Counted from the stretch's first letter, positions 1-10,540 are shown. The stretch: DNA of 64,000 nt from Candidatus Sungiibacteriota bacterium (GCA_016186145.1 JACPMF010000002.1:82473-146472), one strand, 5' to 3'. Notes: generated by a model from the sequence alone, not told the origin. Made by a program: numbers and translations.

Positions 1-802
1 CGGTGTAAGTCTTAGACTCACCGGCTTTGACGACAAACGGCTCGTTCAAGATGGCTCGATGATTCGAACCAAGTGTCTTGTTCAAGCCAACTTGTAATCC
101 TTCTGAACCGATAAGCAATACCTTGTCGACTGCGGAATCAGTCGCGAGACCGATTCGCTCGACAGTAATAGATCGTACTGTTACATCTTTTACTCCAGCG
201 GTGAGGGTAACTTTTGTTACCGGAATACGCGTAGCGTTTCCAGGAGCCAAGTTATCACCCGGCTGATCCGGCTTCGTTACTTGAAGCGCATCGCCCGCGA
301 CAGGAGTTACTCCCGGCGTTGTCGGAGTTGTTGGTGTTACCACCGTTCCTCCAACAACTGAATTATACTTTGCGCGCGAAATTGCGCCGAAGTACCCGGC
401 TGTCGGCGAAACACTGTTTGCCGCCTGCCATGCGCTAACCGCTGATCTGGTTATTGAACCAAAATAGCCAGTTGCGCCGCCAGAATATGTGAAGTGACCG
501 GTTGAGGTCAGATAATTCTGCAAGCACGTCACGTCATCCCCGCGAACACCCATGGTGAGGTCGCGAGTAAATGAACATGCACCCGCAGGTGCCGCAGGAG
601 TTGTTCCTCCCACTAACGCCCGTGCAGCAGCAGCCTTATCAGCAGAGATGACTCCCAAGCTGATGAGCTGCTCTACATCCGCAGCGGTGAGGGCTGAAGC
701 TACTTGCGGAATAACCGCGAGAACTCCAGACATCGCAACTGCAGTTGACACAGTAGCAATGGCAATAGCCACTCTCCTATGTTTTGCAATTAATTGAGTC
801 AT
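1..802 (-). CDS. Secreted or cell-surface protein, partial: N-terminal signal peptide plus peptidoglycan-binding-like domain; C-terminus lies beyond the window start
   Basis: Minus-strand ATG at 802, translated by hand: MTQLIAKHRRVAIAIATVSTAVAMSGVLAV... then a PG_binding_1-like motif (GVRGDDVTCLQNYL...GYFGSITRSAVSAWQ) and Thr/Pro/Val-rich repeats. The ORF is open to position 1 and is absent from the track because it is truncated. Confidence 0.55.
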   Translation of the reverse strand, partial: MTQLIAKHRRVAIAIATVSTAVAMSGVLAVIPQVASALTAADVEQLISLGVISADKAAAARALVGGTTPAAPAGACSFTRDLTMGVRGDDVTCLQNYLTSTGHFTYSGGATGYFGSITRSAVSAWQAANSVSPTAGYFGAISRAKYNSVVGGTVVTPTTPTTPGVTPVAGDALQVTKPDQPGDNLAPGNATRIPVTKVTLTAGVKDVTVRSITVERIGLATDSAVDKVLLIGSEGLQVGLNKTLGSNHRAILNEPFVVKAGESKTYT

Positions 803-1423
803 AAGCAAATTAACTTTTCTTAATTCCCTGTCGATAAAAAACAAGGAATATAATCATGTGCGTCCCAACCGACTATGTCAGAAGGCTTTGCGCAAAAAGA
901 TAACGATGTCATCGGCGTGAGCAAAGCATAAGACAATATTGGAACCACCCATGAATTTAATAAATTACAACCTGAAAATTTCTTTTCTGAACCAAGCTAC
1001 AAGGCGCGGATAAGATACTAGCAAAGCTAGTAAAACTTTTAACTGATTACTAGTAACGGTGCTAGATCGACCTTTCCGAAACCCTGTTGGTAATACAAAA
1101 AGTATATAACAGTATAGCGTATTAAATTTTCAAGGTTCTTCCCATTTCCCGAATATACCCTCCTCGGCAATCATTTCACCATTGCAAATCGGATTTCAGA
1201 TAATTACTCAACTTTCATTGTAACAGCCTGAAATCTGCCCTGCAAAAGCTCCCTGTGGATAAAAATTACCTTTTGGAATACATCAACAAAGCCAAAAACT
1301 GGCTTTCCAGCGGTTTAATTAGTTATTTTCTCCACATATTCAGTATAAATTTTTGGGCACCCTCTTGCAAACCCAACAATGTGGATAACTCCAAAGGCGC
1401 CGTGTAATCACACTATAAAACAA

Positions 1424-2290
1424 TTACCTTACCTTTTTCAAGTGGGCTTTTAGGCCTTTCTTTACTTCTTCATGCCTAAGCCCAAAATCTACGATTGCCC
1501 GGAGGAACCCAAGCTTATCGCCGCAGTCATACCGTGTCCCTTCTATTTCATAGCCGTATATTGGCATTTTCTTCGCCAGTACACGTTCAAACGCATCGGT
1601 TAAATGAAGCTCTCTCCCTTTTTTCGCTTTTACCTTCGCCAATTCATCAAATATATCCGCGGTAAGAATATATTTTCCTATGATCGCAATATTAGACGGG
1701 GCCTCTTTTGGGGTCGGTTTCTCTACAAGCTTATCGACCAACCATGTTCTCGGTGCAACTTTTTTTCCGGATATAACGCCGTAGCGGTGAACAACGCTTT
1801 TTGGAACGCGCTCTAAAGCAAAAACCGGGCGCTTATATTTTAAAAACACATTAATGAGCTGCCTTAGCGCTGGCTGTCCTTTTGAATAAACGACATCGTC
1901 TCCGTACAAAACGGCAACCGGTTCATTTCCAATTAAATGACGAGCTTGTAGCAAAGCGTCACCATCGCCGAGCGGCCCTTTCTGGCGAACAAAGGCGCAA
2001 TACGCTAAAGAAGAAATAGCTCTTACCTTTTTTGCCATTTCTTTTTTCCCTTGCTTCTCAAGGTGCGCTTCAAGTTCTCCGGCGTGATCAAAGTGATCTT
2101 CAATTGCCCGCTTCCCCTTACCGGTAACAAATATCACCTCTTTGATACCGGAGTCAACCGCCTCTTCAACTAAATATTGAATTACCGGCTTATCAACGAT
2201 GGTAAGCATCTCTTTCGGCTGCGCCTTTGTTGCCGGGAGAAACCGCGTCCCAAGCCCACCTACTGGAATGATAACTTTACGAATTTGCAT
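1424..2290 (-). CDS. galU: UTP--glucose-1-phosphate uridylyltransferase
   Basis: N-terminal MQIRKVIIPVGGLGTRFLPATKAQPKEML is the canonical GalU nucleotidyltransferase motif; 288 aa. Confidence 0.9.
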   Translation of the reverse strand: MQIRKVIIPVGGLGTRFLPATKAQPKEMLTIVDKPVIQYLVEEAVDSGIKEVIFVTGKGKRAIEDHFDHAGELEAHLEKQGKKEMAKKVRAISSLAYCAFVRQKGPLGDGDALLQARHLIGNEPVAVLYGDDVVYSKGQPALRQLINVFLKYKRPVFALERVPKSVVHRYGVISGKKVAPRTWLVDKLVEKPTPKEAPSNIAIIGKYILTADIFDELAKVKAKKGRELHLTDAFERVLAKKMPIYGYEIEGTRYDCGDKLGFLRAIVDFGLRHEEVKKGLKAHLKKVR

Positions 2291-2361
2291 TGCGAATTAT
2301 GAATGCCAAATGCTAAATGCTGAATAAAATCTGAAACAAACCGTATTTCAGCATTCATCAT

Positions 2362-3156
2362 TTATAATTCAGAATTTAACTTGTATACCGCCCACCTCTT
2401 GTCCCCCTGCCGTACTATCCTCCTATCCAACATAAGGCGGGCAAGATCCCGCTGTAGAGTCTTAACACTAAACCGATTTGAAAAGATAGTGGTAAGGTCA
2501 TTTATTTTTGCTTCATTGTTAACCCGCAAGTAATCAATAATCGCCGTTTGACGACCATTAACGTCACCGCTTAGGGCTTGCTTGCTTTTGTCTACTGTTG
2601 TTGTTTCTCCTGATCCTATCAAACTCCCCACTGAAGCTCTCTCAATGGTGTCGTTTTGCATGTCGTTTTGAGTTTCATGTCGTTTTAATTCGCTATCTAA
2701 CCTACCCATCTGCCCCCGCTCCTCATTTATGTCATTTTTGGGAACATGCTCTAAATAGGCATCTAAGAAACGACATTCCCGTATAAGCACCTCCGCATTC
2801 ACTTGCTTTATAAGACCGGTACTCCTGGCGATTTCAAGCAAAAGAAGCAGTGAATCAAAAACAACCTTTATGTCGAGGTGTTTCTGATAACCACCGATTC
2901 CTTTACGGCTGGTGCTAATTTGCGCTGTTCGCAAAAGAGCCTCACCGGACTGCTCTCTTAACTGGTGCCGAATCGCTTCGTTCGGATTTATAAGATCAGT
3001 CACCCGGTAAACCGCGAAAACAAAATTAAAAACTTCATTTCTCAACTCTTCCATAATACATTTGCCTAAAAATCCTTTTACAGGATAGACCGGAGCCGCC
3101 GCGTGGTCAAGTTGACCTTCGCCGGTAATAGTTATGTAATCAAGACCGTAACGCAA
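2362..3156 (-). CDS. Putative regulator: four-helix-bundle (TIGR02436-like) N-domain fused to a C-terminal winged-helix DNA-binding domain
   Basis: MEELRNEVFNFVFAVYRVTDL...HQLREQSGEALLRTAQISTS resembles the four-helix-bundle family. The C-terminus (RQTAIIDYLRVNNEAKINDLTTIFSNRFSVKTLQRDLARL) is DeoR/MarR-like wHTH. The true start may be the internal ATG at 3052. Confidence 0.5.
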   Translation of the reverse strand: MRYGLDYITITGEGQLDHAAAPVYPVKGFLGKCIMEELRNEVFNFVFAVYRVTDLINPNEAIRHQLREQSGEALLRTAQISTSRKGIGGYQKHLDIKVVFDSLLLLLEIARSTGLIKQVNAEVLIRECRFLDAYLEHVPKNDINEERGQMGRLDSELKRHETQNDMQNDTIERASVGSLIGSGETTTVDKSKQALSGDVNGRQTAIIDYLRVNNEAKINDLTTIFSNRFSVKTLQRDLARLMLDRRIVRQGDKRWAVYKLNSEL

Positions 3157-3209
3157 ACCGCGCCCATCGGCGCGGTTTGTAACAACAGTTTTAAGATTTC
3201 AAAACATTT

Positions 3210-5888
3210 TTACAGCGCCGCCACGGCTTCATTTTTAAGCTTTGTCCCCGATCGTTTTGTAATCTTCAAGATAAGCACCTCGCCGTTTTTTAGGTCACAA
3301 AAGACCGAATCGCCTTCTGTCACATAGCCAGAAACAATCCTGGACGCCAGAGGATCAAGAATTAAAGATTGTATGGTCCGCTTCAACGGACGGGCTCCAT
3401 AATGCGGGTTGTAACCCTTTTCCGAAAGAAAAACCCGAAGGCCGTCGCTGAAACCGACGGTGATTCGTTTCCGTGCCATCCGTTCGCAAACCTTGGTAAG
3501 CTGAATATCAACAATTTTACGGATGGTTTCATGAGAAAGCGAATTAAAAATAACAATTTCATCGATCCTGTTCAAGAACTCCGGCCGAAAACTCCGTTCG
3601 AGGGCCTTCTCAATCTTTTCTTTCAGATCCCCGTCATTCGTTTCCTTCCCCGCGTCATTCTCTGCGGTAAACCCAAATCGTCCTAATTCCCTCACCAGCT
3701 CGCTGCCAATATTTGACGTCATGATAATAATGGTATTCTTGAAATTAACAATCCTCCCCTTCGCATCAGTCAAACGACCGTTATCTAAAATCTGAAGCAA
3801 AACGTTAAAAATTTCCGGATGCGCTTTCTCAATTTCGTCGAAGAGAACAACCGAGTACGGACGATGCTTAACAAGTTCGGTTAACTGCCCCCCCTCTTCA
3901 TAACCGACATAACCGGGCGGCGAGCCGATAAATTTAGAAACGGTATGCCGTTCCATGTATTCCGACATATCAACGCGAATCAGGGACTTTTCGTCCGAAA
4001 ATAGAAATTCGGCAAGAGTCTTTGCAAGCTCTGTTTTACCGACCCCGGTCGGACCGAGAAAAATGAAAGATGCTATCGGCCGATCCTCGTCTTGAATGCC
4101 GGCACGCGAACGACGAACCGCATTCGCCACCTTACTGATCGCTTCATCCTGACCCTTCACCCGAAGAGACAACACCGACTCAAGCCGTGACAACTTTTCG
4201 CCTTCCGCCTCAAGCATTTTAGTAACAGGGATTCCGGTCCAACGGCTTACTACGGCGGCAATATCTTCCTCATCAACCTCCTCTTTTAGCATTTTCCGCC
4301 TGCTTTGCAAGCGTCGAAGCCTTGTTTCTGCGTCAAGAAGTTTCTTTTCGGCAAGAGGAATTTTCCCGTTTCTGACCTCGGCAACGGCCCCAAAATCACC
4401 CTCTCTCCATTTTCGCTCTGCTTCCTGGCGCATATCGTCGATTTCTTTCTTTATAGTCCGTATTTCCGAAATCGTTGTTTTTTCACGAAGCCACTTTTCT
4501 TCGAGCTTTTTGATACGCGCTCTTTGGCTTTCGACGCGCTTGGAAAGAACCGATGCGGCATGCGAATCGCCCTTTTTGGAGGCATTCTTGACGGTCACAA
4601 GCTCCAACTCCATTTTCATCAACTCCCGCTTTTCCTGATCGAGATCTTTCGGCAACGAGTCAATTTCAAGGCGGATTGAAGAAGCCGCTTCATCCATTAA
4701 ATCGACTGCCTTGTCCGGAAGAAACCGATCGGTGATGTAACGGCTGGAAAGCTCTGCTGCAGCGGCGAGCGCCTTATCGCTGATTCTTATGCCGTGATGC
4801 AGTTCGTATTTATGTTTCAACCCGCGGAGGATAGAAACAGTGTCTTCAAAGGACGGTTCCTCTACATAGACCGGTTGGAATCTCCGAGCAAGCGCTCCGT
4901 CTTTTTCAATATATTTGTGATACTCTTTCAGTGTTGTAGCGCCAATCGCCCGCAGTTCTCCCCTTGCAAGAGCCGGCTTCAGCATGTTCGATGCGTCAAT
5001 TGCGCCCTCTGCGGCACCCGCTCCCACAATCATGTGCAATTCATCAATAAAGATGATGTATTTCCCTTGAGACCGGTCAAGTTCCCGCAGGATTGCTTTA
5101 AGACGGTCCTCAAACTCCCCGCGGTATTTTGTCCCCGCAACAATCGACCCGATATCAATTGAGATAAGCTCTTTTTCTTTTAGCGTTTCCGGCACTTCGC
5201 CCCGGACAATACGCTCGGCAAGGCCCTCTGCAATAGCAGTCTTTCCGACCCCCGCCTCGCCGATAAGAACAGGGTTATTTTTTGTTCTCCGGCTCAAAAC
5301 CTGCATTACCCGCCTGATTTCATCGTCGCGGCCGATGACCGGATCCAATTTTTCTTCGCGCGCGAGTTTTGTAAGATTTCGCGCGTATTTTTCAAGCACA
5401 TTGTACTTTGTTTCCGGTTCAGGATCGGTTATTCGCTCTGCTCCGCGAAGCCCGGCAAGAACCTTCAGAACATTTTCGTGAGTAACCCGCGCTTTTTGTA
5501 AAATATCCCGCGCCCGACTCGGCACTTCGGAGAGCGCAAGAAGAAGATGCTCTGTTGAGATAAATTCATCTTTCATCTGGCTCGCCTCACGATGGGCCTG
5601 CTCCATAATCTTCCCAAGATCCTGCGAAAGATACAGCGTTCCGACGGACGGAAAAGATGCCGCTCCTCTTGGAAGCTTATCGAGGATACCTAAAAGCTCA
5701 TCGGCAAGGCCGGAAACATTGATTTCAAGCTTTTCTAAGATCGATTCAACAATTCCTTCCTCCTGAAGAACAAGCGCCGAAAGCAAATGAACCGGCTCAA
5801 TTTGCTGGTGCGAGCGCTCCAATGCCAAATCATGAGCTTTTTTGAGCACTTCCTGGGCTTTAACAGTAAAGTTGTTGAATGGAGTCAT
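3210..5888 (-). CDS. clpB: ATP-dependent chaperone ClpB (two AAA+ domains plus coiled-coil middle domain)
   Basis: 892 aa with Clp N-domain, Walker A motifs GEAGVGKT and GPTGVGKT, a long coiled-coil M-domain and the ClpB signature. Confidence 0.95.
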   Translation of the reverse strand: MTPFNNFTVKAQEVLKKAHDLALERSHQQIEPVHLLSALVLQEEGIVESILEKLEINVSGLADELLGILDKLPRGAASFPSVGTLYLSQDLGKIMEQAHREASQMKDEFISTEHLLLALSEVPSRARDILQKARVTHENVLKVLAGLRGAERITDPEPETKYNVLEKYARNLTKLAREEKLDPVIGRDDEIRRVMQVLSRRTKNNPVLIGEAGVGKTAIAEGLAERIVRGEVPETLKEKELISIDIGSIVAGTKYRGEFEDRLKAILRELDRSQGKYIIFIDELHMIVGAGAAEGAIDASNMLKPALARGELRAIGATTLKEYHKYIEKDGALARRFQPVYVEEPSFEDTVSILRGLKHKYELHHGIRISDKALAAAAELSSRYITDRFLPDKAVDLMDEAASSIRLEIDSLPKDLDQEKRELMKMELELVTVKNASKKGDSHAASVLSKRVESQRARIKKLEEKWLREKTTISEIRTIKKEIDDMRQEAERKWREGDFGAVAEVRNGKIPLAEKKLLDAETRLRRLQSRRKMLKEEVDEEDIAAVVSRWTGIPVTKMLEAEGEKLSRLESVLSLRVKGQDEAISKVANAVRRSRAGIQDEDRPIASFIFLGPTGVGKTELAKTLAEFLFSDEKSLIRVDMSEYMERHTVSKFIGSPPGYVGYEEGGQLTELVKHRPYSVVLFDEIEKAHPEIFNVLLQILDNGRLTDAKGRIVNFKNTIIIMTSNIGSELVRELGRFGFTAENDAGKETNDGDLKEKIEKALERSFRPEFLNRIDEIVIFNSLSHETIRKIVDIQLTKVCERMARKRITVGFSDGLRVFLSEKGYNPHYGARPLKRTIQSLILDPLASRIVSGYVTEGDSVFCDLKNGEVLILKITKRSGTKLKNEAVAAL

Positions 5889-5934
5889 GCGAATTTTATT
5901 TGAATTTACGAACGAAGCGAGTAAATGAAACTAT

Positions 5935-6037
5935 AAAATTCAGCACCCTGTTAAATAATTCCGCTGAGGGCGGAATTCCCCACCCAAATAAAGTCTACGA
6001 CTTTATTTGGGTGGGGATTTAACAGGGTAAAGGTTTG
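5935..6037 (+). repeat. MITE/REP-like palindromic element, copy A (termini CAGCACCCTGTTAAAT ... ATTTAACAGGGTAAAGG)
   Basis: ctataaaattcagcaccctgttaaat...aacagggtaaaggtttgg with internal hairpins AATTCCGCtgaggGCGGAATT and CCCCACCCAAATAAAGTCtacgACTTTATTTGGGTGGGG. Intergenic between clpB and htrA. Confidence 0.85.
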
Positions 6038-6246
6038 GCAGCTACGATTTCTGCGCCTTTGGCTTGAAATCGCAGGCCAAGCCCTTTAGCAGTCATACAT
6101 CTACACTGCTAATTATAGTACTTTCCATCTTATTTGCAAGGTTTTATTCTTGTGGAGAAACAAATAAAAAACGGCGTGGCAAGATTGTTCTCGCACACGC
6201 CTTTACCAAAAACCTCGTTTTGTTTGCAAACCCTCCCAAAAGAGCT

Positions 6247-7479
6247 TTATTTCCGCTCTTCCAATACGATTTTTAGCTCGGTTTCCTTTCCATCGCGAAA
6301 TACCACCAACATCACTGCTTCGCCAACATTATATTTCAGCATGTGGCTCGAAAGAGGCGTTTTGGAACCAACCCTTTCACCGTTGATTTTCAAAATTATG
6401 TCTCCTTCCCGAAGCCCTGCCTTCTCCGCTGGAGACGCCGGAACAACACCGGGGCCCTCGCTTGTTTTCAAAACCAAAGCCCCGTAATCAACTAAAAGGC
6501 CTTTGGACTCCTTAACCTCTTCAGTCACCGTAATGTAGCGGACGCCAACAAAAGGATACACAATCCGATTTACCGCCTTTACACTTTCGATATCGCGTTT
6601 CGCCTTATTTATTTTTATACCAAACCCTATGTTTTCCGCTCCGCGGGCAACCGCGGTCGTAAGACCGATCACCTCGCCCCGCAAATTCAAAAGCGGACCG
6701 CCGGAGTTTCCCGGATTCACCGCGGCATCGGTCTGAATAAGCTCCTGTAAAGATTCAGACCCTGTAGGACCTTCAGCGATAATAGAACGATCAAGACCGG
6801 AAACAATCCCTACGGAAACGCTATTCTGAAATTCTCCCAGAGCATTGCCGATCGCAATAACGGTCTGGCCGGTTTGGATGCCATCCGAGTTTCCTAAAAG
6901 AAGCGGGGTTAAACCGGATAATGGCGGAGTAACTTTTAAAACAGCCAAATCAAAAAAGGGGTCGCGGCCAAGGATCTTAGCCGGAAGTTTTGTGCCGTCG
7001 CTTAAAATAACCGTGTAGTCGGCGCTTTCGTCAGAAACCACGTGTTTGTTGGTAATAATAAGGCCGTCTGCCGACACAACAAAACCGGAGCCGCGCGAGA
7101 CATCTTGCCGCTCCGTCCCCTTTTGCCGGAATTGCGGAACACGGAACTCCTCTCCGAAAAATTGCCGGAAGAACGGATCGCCGCCGAACGGGTCCACAAA
7201 AAACTGCTCAACCACCGGAACATCTTTAGTGGCAACAACACTGACAACTCCGGGTGAAGCAAGTTTTACAACAGCAACAACTAATTCGTCCTGCCGCAAA
7301 ATCTTCTCATTAATTTCCCGCTGAATTTCCTTTTGCGGTTGTTCAATAATACGCTCAACAATAGATGCCGGACCCTTGCTGGTGATATAAAAAACCGTCC
7401 CGAGAGATGTTACGACAGAAACAACAACGGCGACTAACAATACTAAAATTACAATTTGCTTTTTTGTTAAATTATCCAT
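6247..7479 (-). CDS. htrA: HtrA/DegP family serine protease with PDZ domain, N-terminal membrane anchor
   Basis: Catalytic motifs GSGFVVSADGLIITNKHVV and GNSGGPLLN, a C-terminal PDZ domain and an N-terminal TM helix. Confidence 0.9.
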   Translation of the reverse strand: MDNLTKKQIVILVLLVAVVVSVVTSLGTVFYITSKGPASIVERIIEQPQKEIQREINEKILRQDELVVAVVKLASPGVVSVVATKDVPVVEQFFVDPFGGDPFFRQFFGEEFRVPQFRQKGTERQDVSRGSGFVVSADGLIITNKHVVSDESADYTVILSDGTKLPAKILGRDPFFDLAVLKVTPPLSGLTPLLLGNSDGIQTGQTVIAIGNALGEFQNSVSVGIVSGLDRSIIAEGPTGSESLQELIQTDAAVNPGNSGGPLLNLRGEVIGLTTAVARGAENIGFGIKINKAKRDIESVKAVNRIVYPFVGVRYITVTEEVKESKGLLVDYGALVLKTSEGPGVVPASPAEKAGLREGDIILKINGERVGSKTPLSSHMLKYNVGEAVMLVVFRDGKETELKIVLEERK

Positions 7480-7489
7480 AGTTACATAC

Positions 7490-7520
7490 GCATTATAAAT
7501 GAAAAAACAGCAAAATCAAA
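7490..7520 (-). promoter_or_regulatory. Sigma70-like promoter for htrA (TTGATT - 16/17 nt - TATAAT)
   Basis: On the minus strand: ttgattttgctgttttttcatttataatgcg, immediately upstream of the htrA ATG (short leader). Confidence 0.4.
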
Positions 7521-7540
7521 AATAAAAATTCCTCATATGG

Positions 7541-7581
7541 TAAAAAGAAAGCCGCCCGTGGAAGATCCTCTTTTGGGCGGC
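7541..7581 (-). terminator. Rho-independent terminator after the 89-aa ORF
   Basis: Minus strand GCCGCCCaaaagaggatcttccacGGGCGGC followed by TTTCTTTTT. Confidence 0.7.
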
Positions 7582-7597
7582 ACTGTTATAAATACTA

Positions 7598-7867
7598 TTA
7601 ACGTGTTGCGGCGTGAGCGCTATTGACCCATGTGGCAATTTGCATTGCCCACTGCATGCTACGCTGTCTATCGCTCAAAATAGCAGTATGCATGCCACAC
7701 ACAACTTCTTGAAGCACGGACAAGAGCAAATTCCCTTGAGCCAAATCCAGTTGCGCGTAAGGGACGATGCCCGTAAACACGTGGTTTAGGAAACGCCACC
7801 TTTCCCGTTGTTCATCAAAGTTCACAGGCCTCATTACCACTTTGACAAGTTCACGCGCTGAACCCAT
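7598..7867 (-). CDS. Hypothetical protein (89 aa)
   Basis: Strong SD (caGGAGGattaatATG) upstream and a dedicated terminator downstream. No recognisable family. Confidence 0.45.
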   Translation of the reverse strand: MGSARELVKVVMRPVNFDEQRERWRFLNHVFTGIVPYAQLDLAQGNLLLSVLQEVVCGMHTAILSDRQRSMQWAMQIATWVNSAHAATR

Positions 7868-7920
7868 ATTAATCCTCCTGCCAGTGATTCACTTACGAAA
7901 TATACTGTACAATTACAGTA

Positions 7921-8139
7921 TCACACCGCCTCAACACTGTCAACACCTTTAACTTTTGATTTCAGCAAATCTTCTATTCCGGCTTTCAGCGTCAACTGCG
8001 AAAGCGGACACCCCTGGCATGTCCCAAGCAGACGAACATATACAACACCTTTTTCAAACTTAACAAACTCAATATTGCCGCGGTGCAACGCGAGCATCGG
8101 CCGGACTTCTTCAAGGATTTTTTCTATTTGCTGCTCCAT
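7921..8139 (-). CDS. nfuA: NifU-like (Nfu-type) Fe-S cluster assembly domain protein
   Basis: 72 aa with the CXXC motif (LLGTCQGCPLSQLTLK) typical of the NifU C-terminal domain. Confidence 0.8.
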   Translation of the reverse strand: MEQQIEKILEEVRPMLALHRGNIEFVKFEKGVVYVRLLGTCQGCPLSQLTLKAGIEDLLKSKVKGVDSVEAV

Positions 8140-8355
8140 TTACATCAATAAAACGTCTCTAAACCGCGTGAGCAGGAGCATGGCAATAATCCCCCATGCA
8201 ATACTAAACAACAATACTATTCTCCCTTCCTTTTTGAAATCCGGCTCGAAAAGCATGAAAAGCCCGAGAACCAGCCCGGAAAAAACCGGATTAAGAATAG
8301 CAATAATCACCGCGAGAAAGAAAAACCGATTTTTACGAATTGATGCGCGTTCCAT
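8140..8355 (-). CDS. Small membrane protein (2 TM), hypothetical
   Basis: 71 aa and hydrophobic. The ATG lies 2 nt after the sod stop and the ORF abuts the nfu start, so it looks translationally coupled. Confidence 0.4.
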   Translation of the reverse strand: MERASIRKNRFFFLAVIIAILNPVFSGLVLGLFMLFEPDFKKEGRIVLLFSIAWGIIAMLLLTRFRDVLLM

Positions 8356-8357
8356 TT

Positions 8358-8963
8358 TTAGTAACTACCCGTAAAACGTCTACCTGCTTCATCCCAATCG
8401 ACCGCCTTAAAAAACGCTTCAATATAATCAACCCGCTTCAAGCCGTAATCAATCATATAGGCGTGCTCAAAGACATCAAGGACAAGAAGAATCTTACATC
8501 CGGCGAGATGGCCAAGATCATGTTCGTTGACCCAAACATTAAACAGCCGTTCGGCCCCGGGATCATAGTAAAGAATCGTCCATCCGATCCCACGCATCGT
8601 ACCCGTACCTTTAAAATCTTTCTCCCACGCTTCATAGCTTCCGAAGTCAGCAACGATTTTTTTATGGAGTGCGGAGTCATGGTCGGATGCCGCGCCTCCG
8701 CTGTTCATATTCCCAAAATACAATTCATGCAACCGCATGCCGTTAAACTCCCACCCAAGACGGCGTTTTAACTCGGTGTACTCCGGCGTTCCAATCTTCC
8801 CACCCTCCGCCATTTCACGAAGAGCATCGGCTAACTTGTTAGTATTAGAAACATACCCCTGATAAAGCGTGAAATGATTTTTCAACAGCTGATCGCTAAA
8901 ACCGGGGGTGCCGAGAAGATGGTCGTAGTTTTTGGGACTATAAATCATGAATTTATTCATCAT
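8358..8963 (-). CDS. sodA: Fe/Mn superoxide dismutase
   Basis: Motifs HHxKHH-like and DVFEHAYMIDYG with an overall Sod_Fe N/C fold; 201 aa. Confidence 0.9.
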   Translation of the reverse strand: MMNKFMIYSPKNYDHLLGTPGFSDQLLKNHFTLYQGYVSNTNKLADALREMAEGGKIGTPEYTELKRRLGWEFNGMRLHELYFGNMNSGGAASDHDSALHKKIVADFGSYEAWEKDFKGTGTMRGIGWTILYYDPGAERLFNVWVNEHDLGHLAGCKILLVLDVFEHAYMIDYGLKRVDYIEAFFKAVDWDEAGRRFTGSY

Positions 8964-8973
8964 CGAATTACGA

Positions 8974-9046
8974 ATCTTCTACGAATTTGCGAATAATGCA
9001 CATCCTATTGAAACAATTCGTATATTCGCAACCGATTCGTAATTCG
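8974..9046. promoter_or_regulatory. 73-bp imperfect palindrome (outer arms CGAATTACGAATC / GATTCGTAATTCG) in the sod-ferredoxin intergenic region; candidate operator
   Basis: Perfect 13-bp inverted outer arms with internal ACGAAT repeats, located just upstream of the sod start. Confidence 0.4.
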
Positions 9047-9052
9047 TTGATA

Positions 9053-9301
9053 TCACGGATATATTTGGTTTCCCTCTTCATCAAACACTAAAATCGCCTG
9101 CGTGGGACATGATTTGGCAGCAAGAAGAATCGTCTCGTCATCAGCGCCTTTATCGTTATAGACCACCGCTTTATTTTCGGAATCAAGTTCGAAAACGCCG
9201 GGCGCAACGGCAATACAAGACGCAGCGCCAATACAAAGATTGCGGTCAACCACAATTTTACCGATTTTTAACTTCTTTTCGGACGACAACTCATTCTCCA
9301 T
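9053..9301 (-). CDS. fdx: 4Fe-4S ferredoxin (single-cluster type)
   Basis: 82 aa with CIGAASC...C and a later Cys, matching small archaeal/bacterial ferredoxins. Confidence 0.75.
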   Translation of the reverse strand: MENELSSEKKLKIGKIVVDRNLCIGAASCIAVAPGVFELDSENKAVVYNDKGADDETILLAAKSCPTQAILVFDEEGNQIYP

Positions 9302-9312
9302 AGAATTCCATT

Positions 9313-9573
9313 TTATCTGTCCCCTCGCCGTTCGAGCATTGGGCCCTTTAAATCTAACTCAAGCCTTCGCAGTTCGTCCTCTTCGGCTGGCGGAAGAACA
9401 CCGCCGTGTTCAGCCTTTTTGGATTCAAGCTCTTTCATTCGTTCCTCAAATGGTACAACACTTTCTCCTATCACTCGACCGCGCCGTCTCTTTGCAATCA
9501 TTTCATCGATCTCTGAAAGAGATTTCTGTGGTTTAACTTCTCTTTCCCCAAATCTCGCTTTTTCTTTATCCAT
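9313..9573 (-). CDS. Hypothetical charged protein (86 aa)
   Basis: Highly charged K/E/R-rich ORF immediately upstream of fdx on the same strand. No recognised family. Confidence 0.4.
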   Translation of the reverse strand: MDKEKARFGEREVKPQKSLSEIDEMIAKRRRGRVIGESVVPFEERMKELESKKAEHGGVLPPAEEDELRRLELDLKGPMLERRGDR

Positions 9574-9792
9574 AATATTTTTTTCAATATTTGTCTAAAT
9601 TTTCAATCCAGTGGAGCAGAAAATTTAGCAACAAATATTGAACCCCGCACAAATTTTGCCCCTAGCAGCATAGTCTTACTTAATTTAGTAAAATTCGTCT
9701 ACTCTTTTACCGCGAAGCGCGCGAGCGAATAGCTCTTCCCTCTATGGGCGCAGCGCTTCGCCTAGAGATTGTCTCGCAAAATTTGTGCTGGG

Positions 9793-10452
9793 CTAACCAT
9801 AATATTTTTCCTTATAGAATCTTATCAACTGTTCGACTTCGGCAATTATTTCAGGACTGCCGACGCCGACTTTCAATCTTTTCTGAACCGATTCCAAATC
9901 GGTTGCGCCCTCCAAAACCGCCTCCTCAATATCATGATCGGTGATACTAAGCTTCTGGTCAATAACCCGCGCGCCTTCTACGATAATACGATGGTGCTGG
10001 CCGCTCCTCCGAAAATAGTCATTCGCCGCCTTGCGAAACGCCTTATCTGCAAGAACAGAACAGTGAATTTTACGATTCGGCAGACCGCCGAGACGCTCCA
10101 TAATATGCTGCGGCTTAATTTTTAGCGCTTCATCAATCGCCACTCCCCCATTCTCTGTCACCATCACGCTAAACATTGAGGTTGCGGCAATCGCAGAGGC
10201 ACACCCGAAAGTCCTCCACTTCATCTCTTTAACTCGTTCGGTTTCCGGTTCAAGCCGCAGCCACATTTTCATCATATCGCCGCATGCGGGGCTTCCCACC
10301 ATCCCAACCGCATCATATTGCGATTCGTCAGGATCCTCCAGCATCAAATTCCGGGGGTTGAAAAAATGATCCTTAACAATGTCGGAGTAATACCACTTTT
10401 CTCCCGTAAACTGATTAACGACATCTATATTTTCTTTTTTAGAGTCTTCCAT
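9793..10452 (-). CDS. iscU: NifU/IscU-type Fe-S cluster scaffold with C-terminal extension
   Basis: GSPACGD...FGCASAIA...HCS scaffold cysteines; 219 aa. Confidence 0.85.
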   Translation of the reverse strand: MEDSKKENIDVVNQFTGEKWYYSDIVKDHFFNPRNLMLEDPDESQYDAVGMVGSPACGDMMKMWLRLEPETERVKEMKWRTFGCASAIAATSMFSVMVTENGGVAIDEALKIKPQHIMERLGGLPNRKIHCSVLADKAFRKAANDYFRRSGQHHRIIVEGARVIDQKLSITDHDIEEAVLEGATDLESVQKRLKVGVGSPEIIAEVEQLIRFYKEKYYG

Positions 10453-10540
10453 AACGCCATATTGACAAAAATTATTTTCCGTTCTATGTTATCAATTGCT
10501 CGTTTATATTATATAACTGTGCCGGAACAAGGAGAACGCC

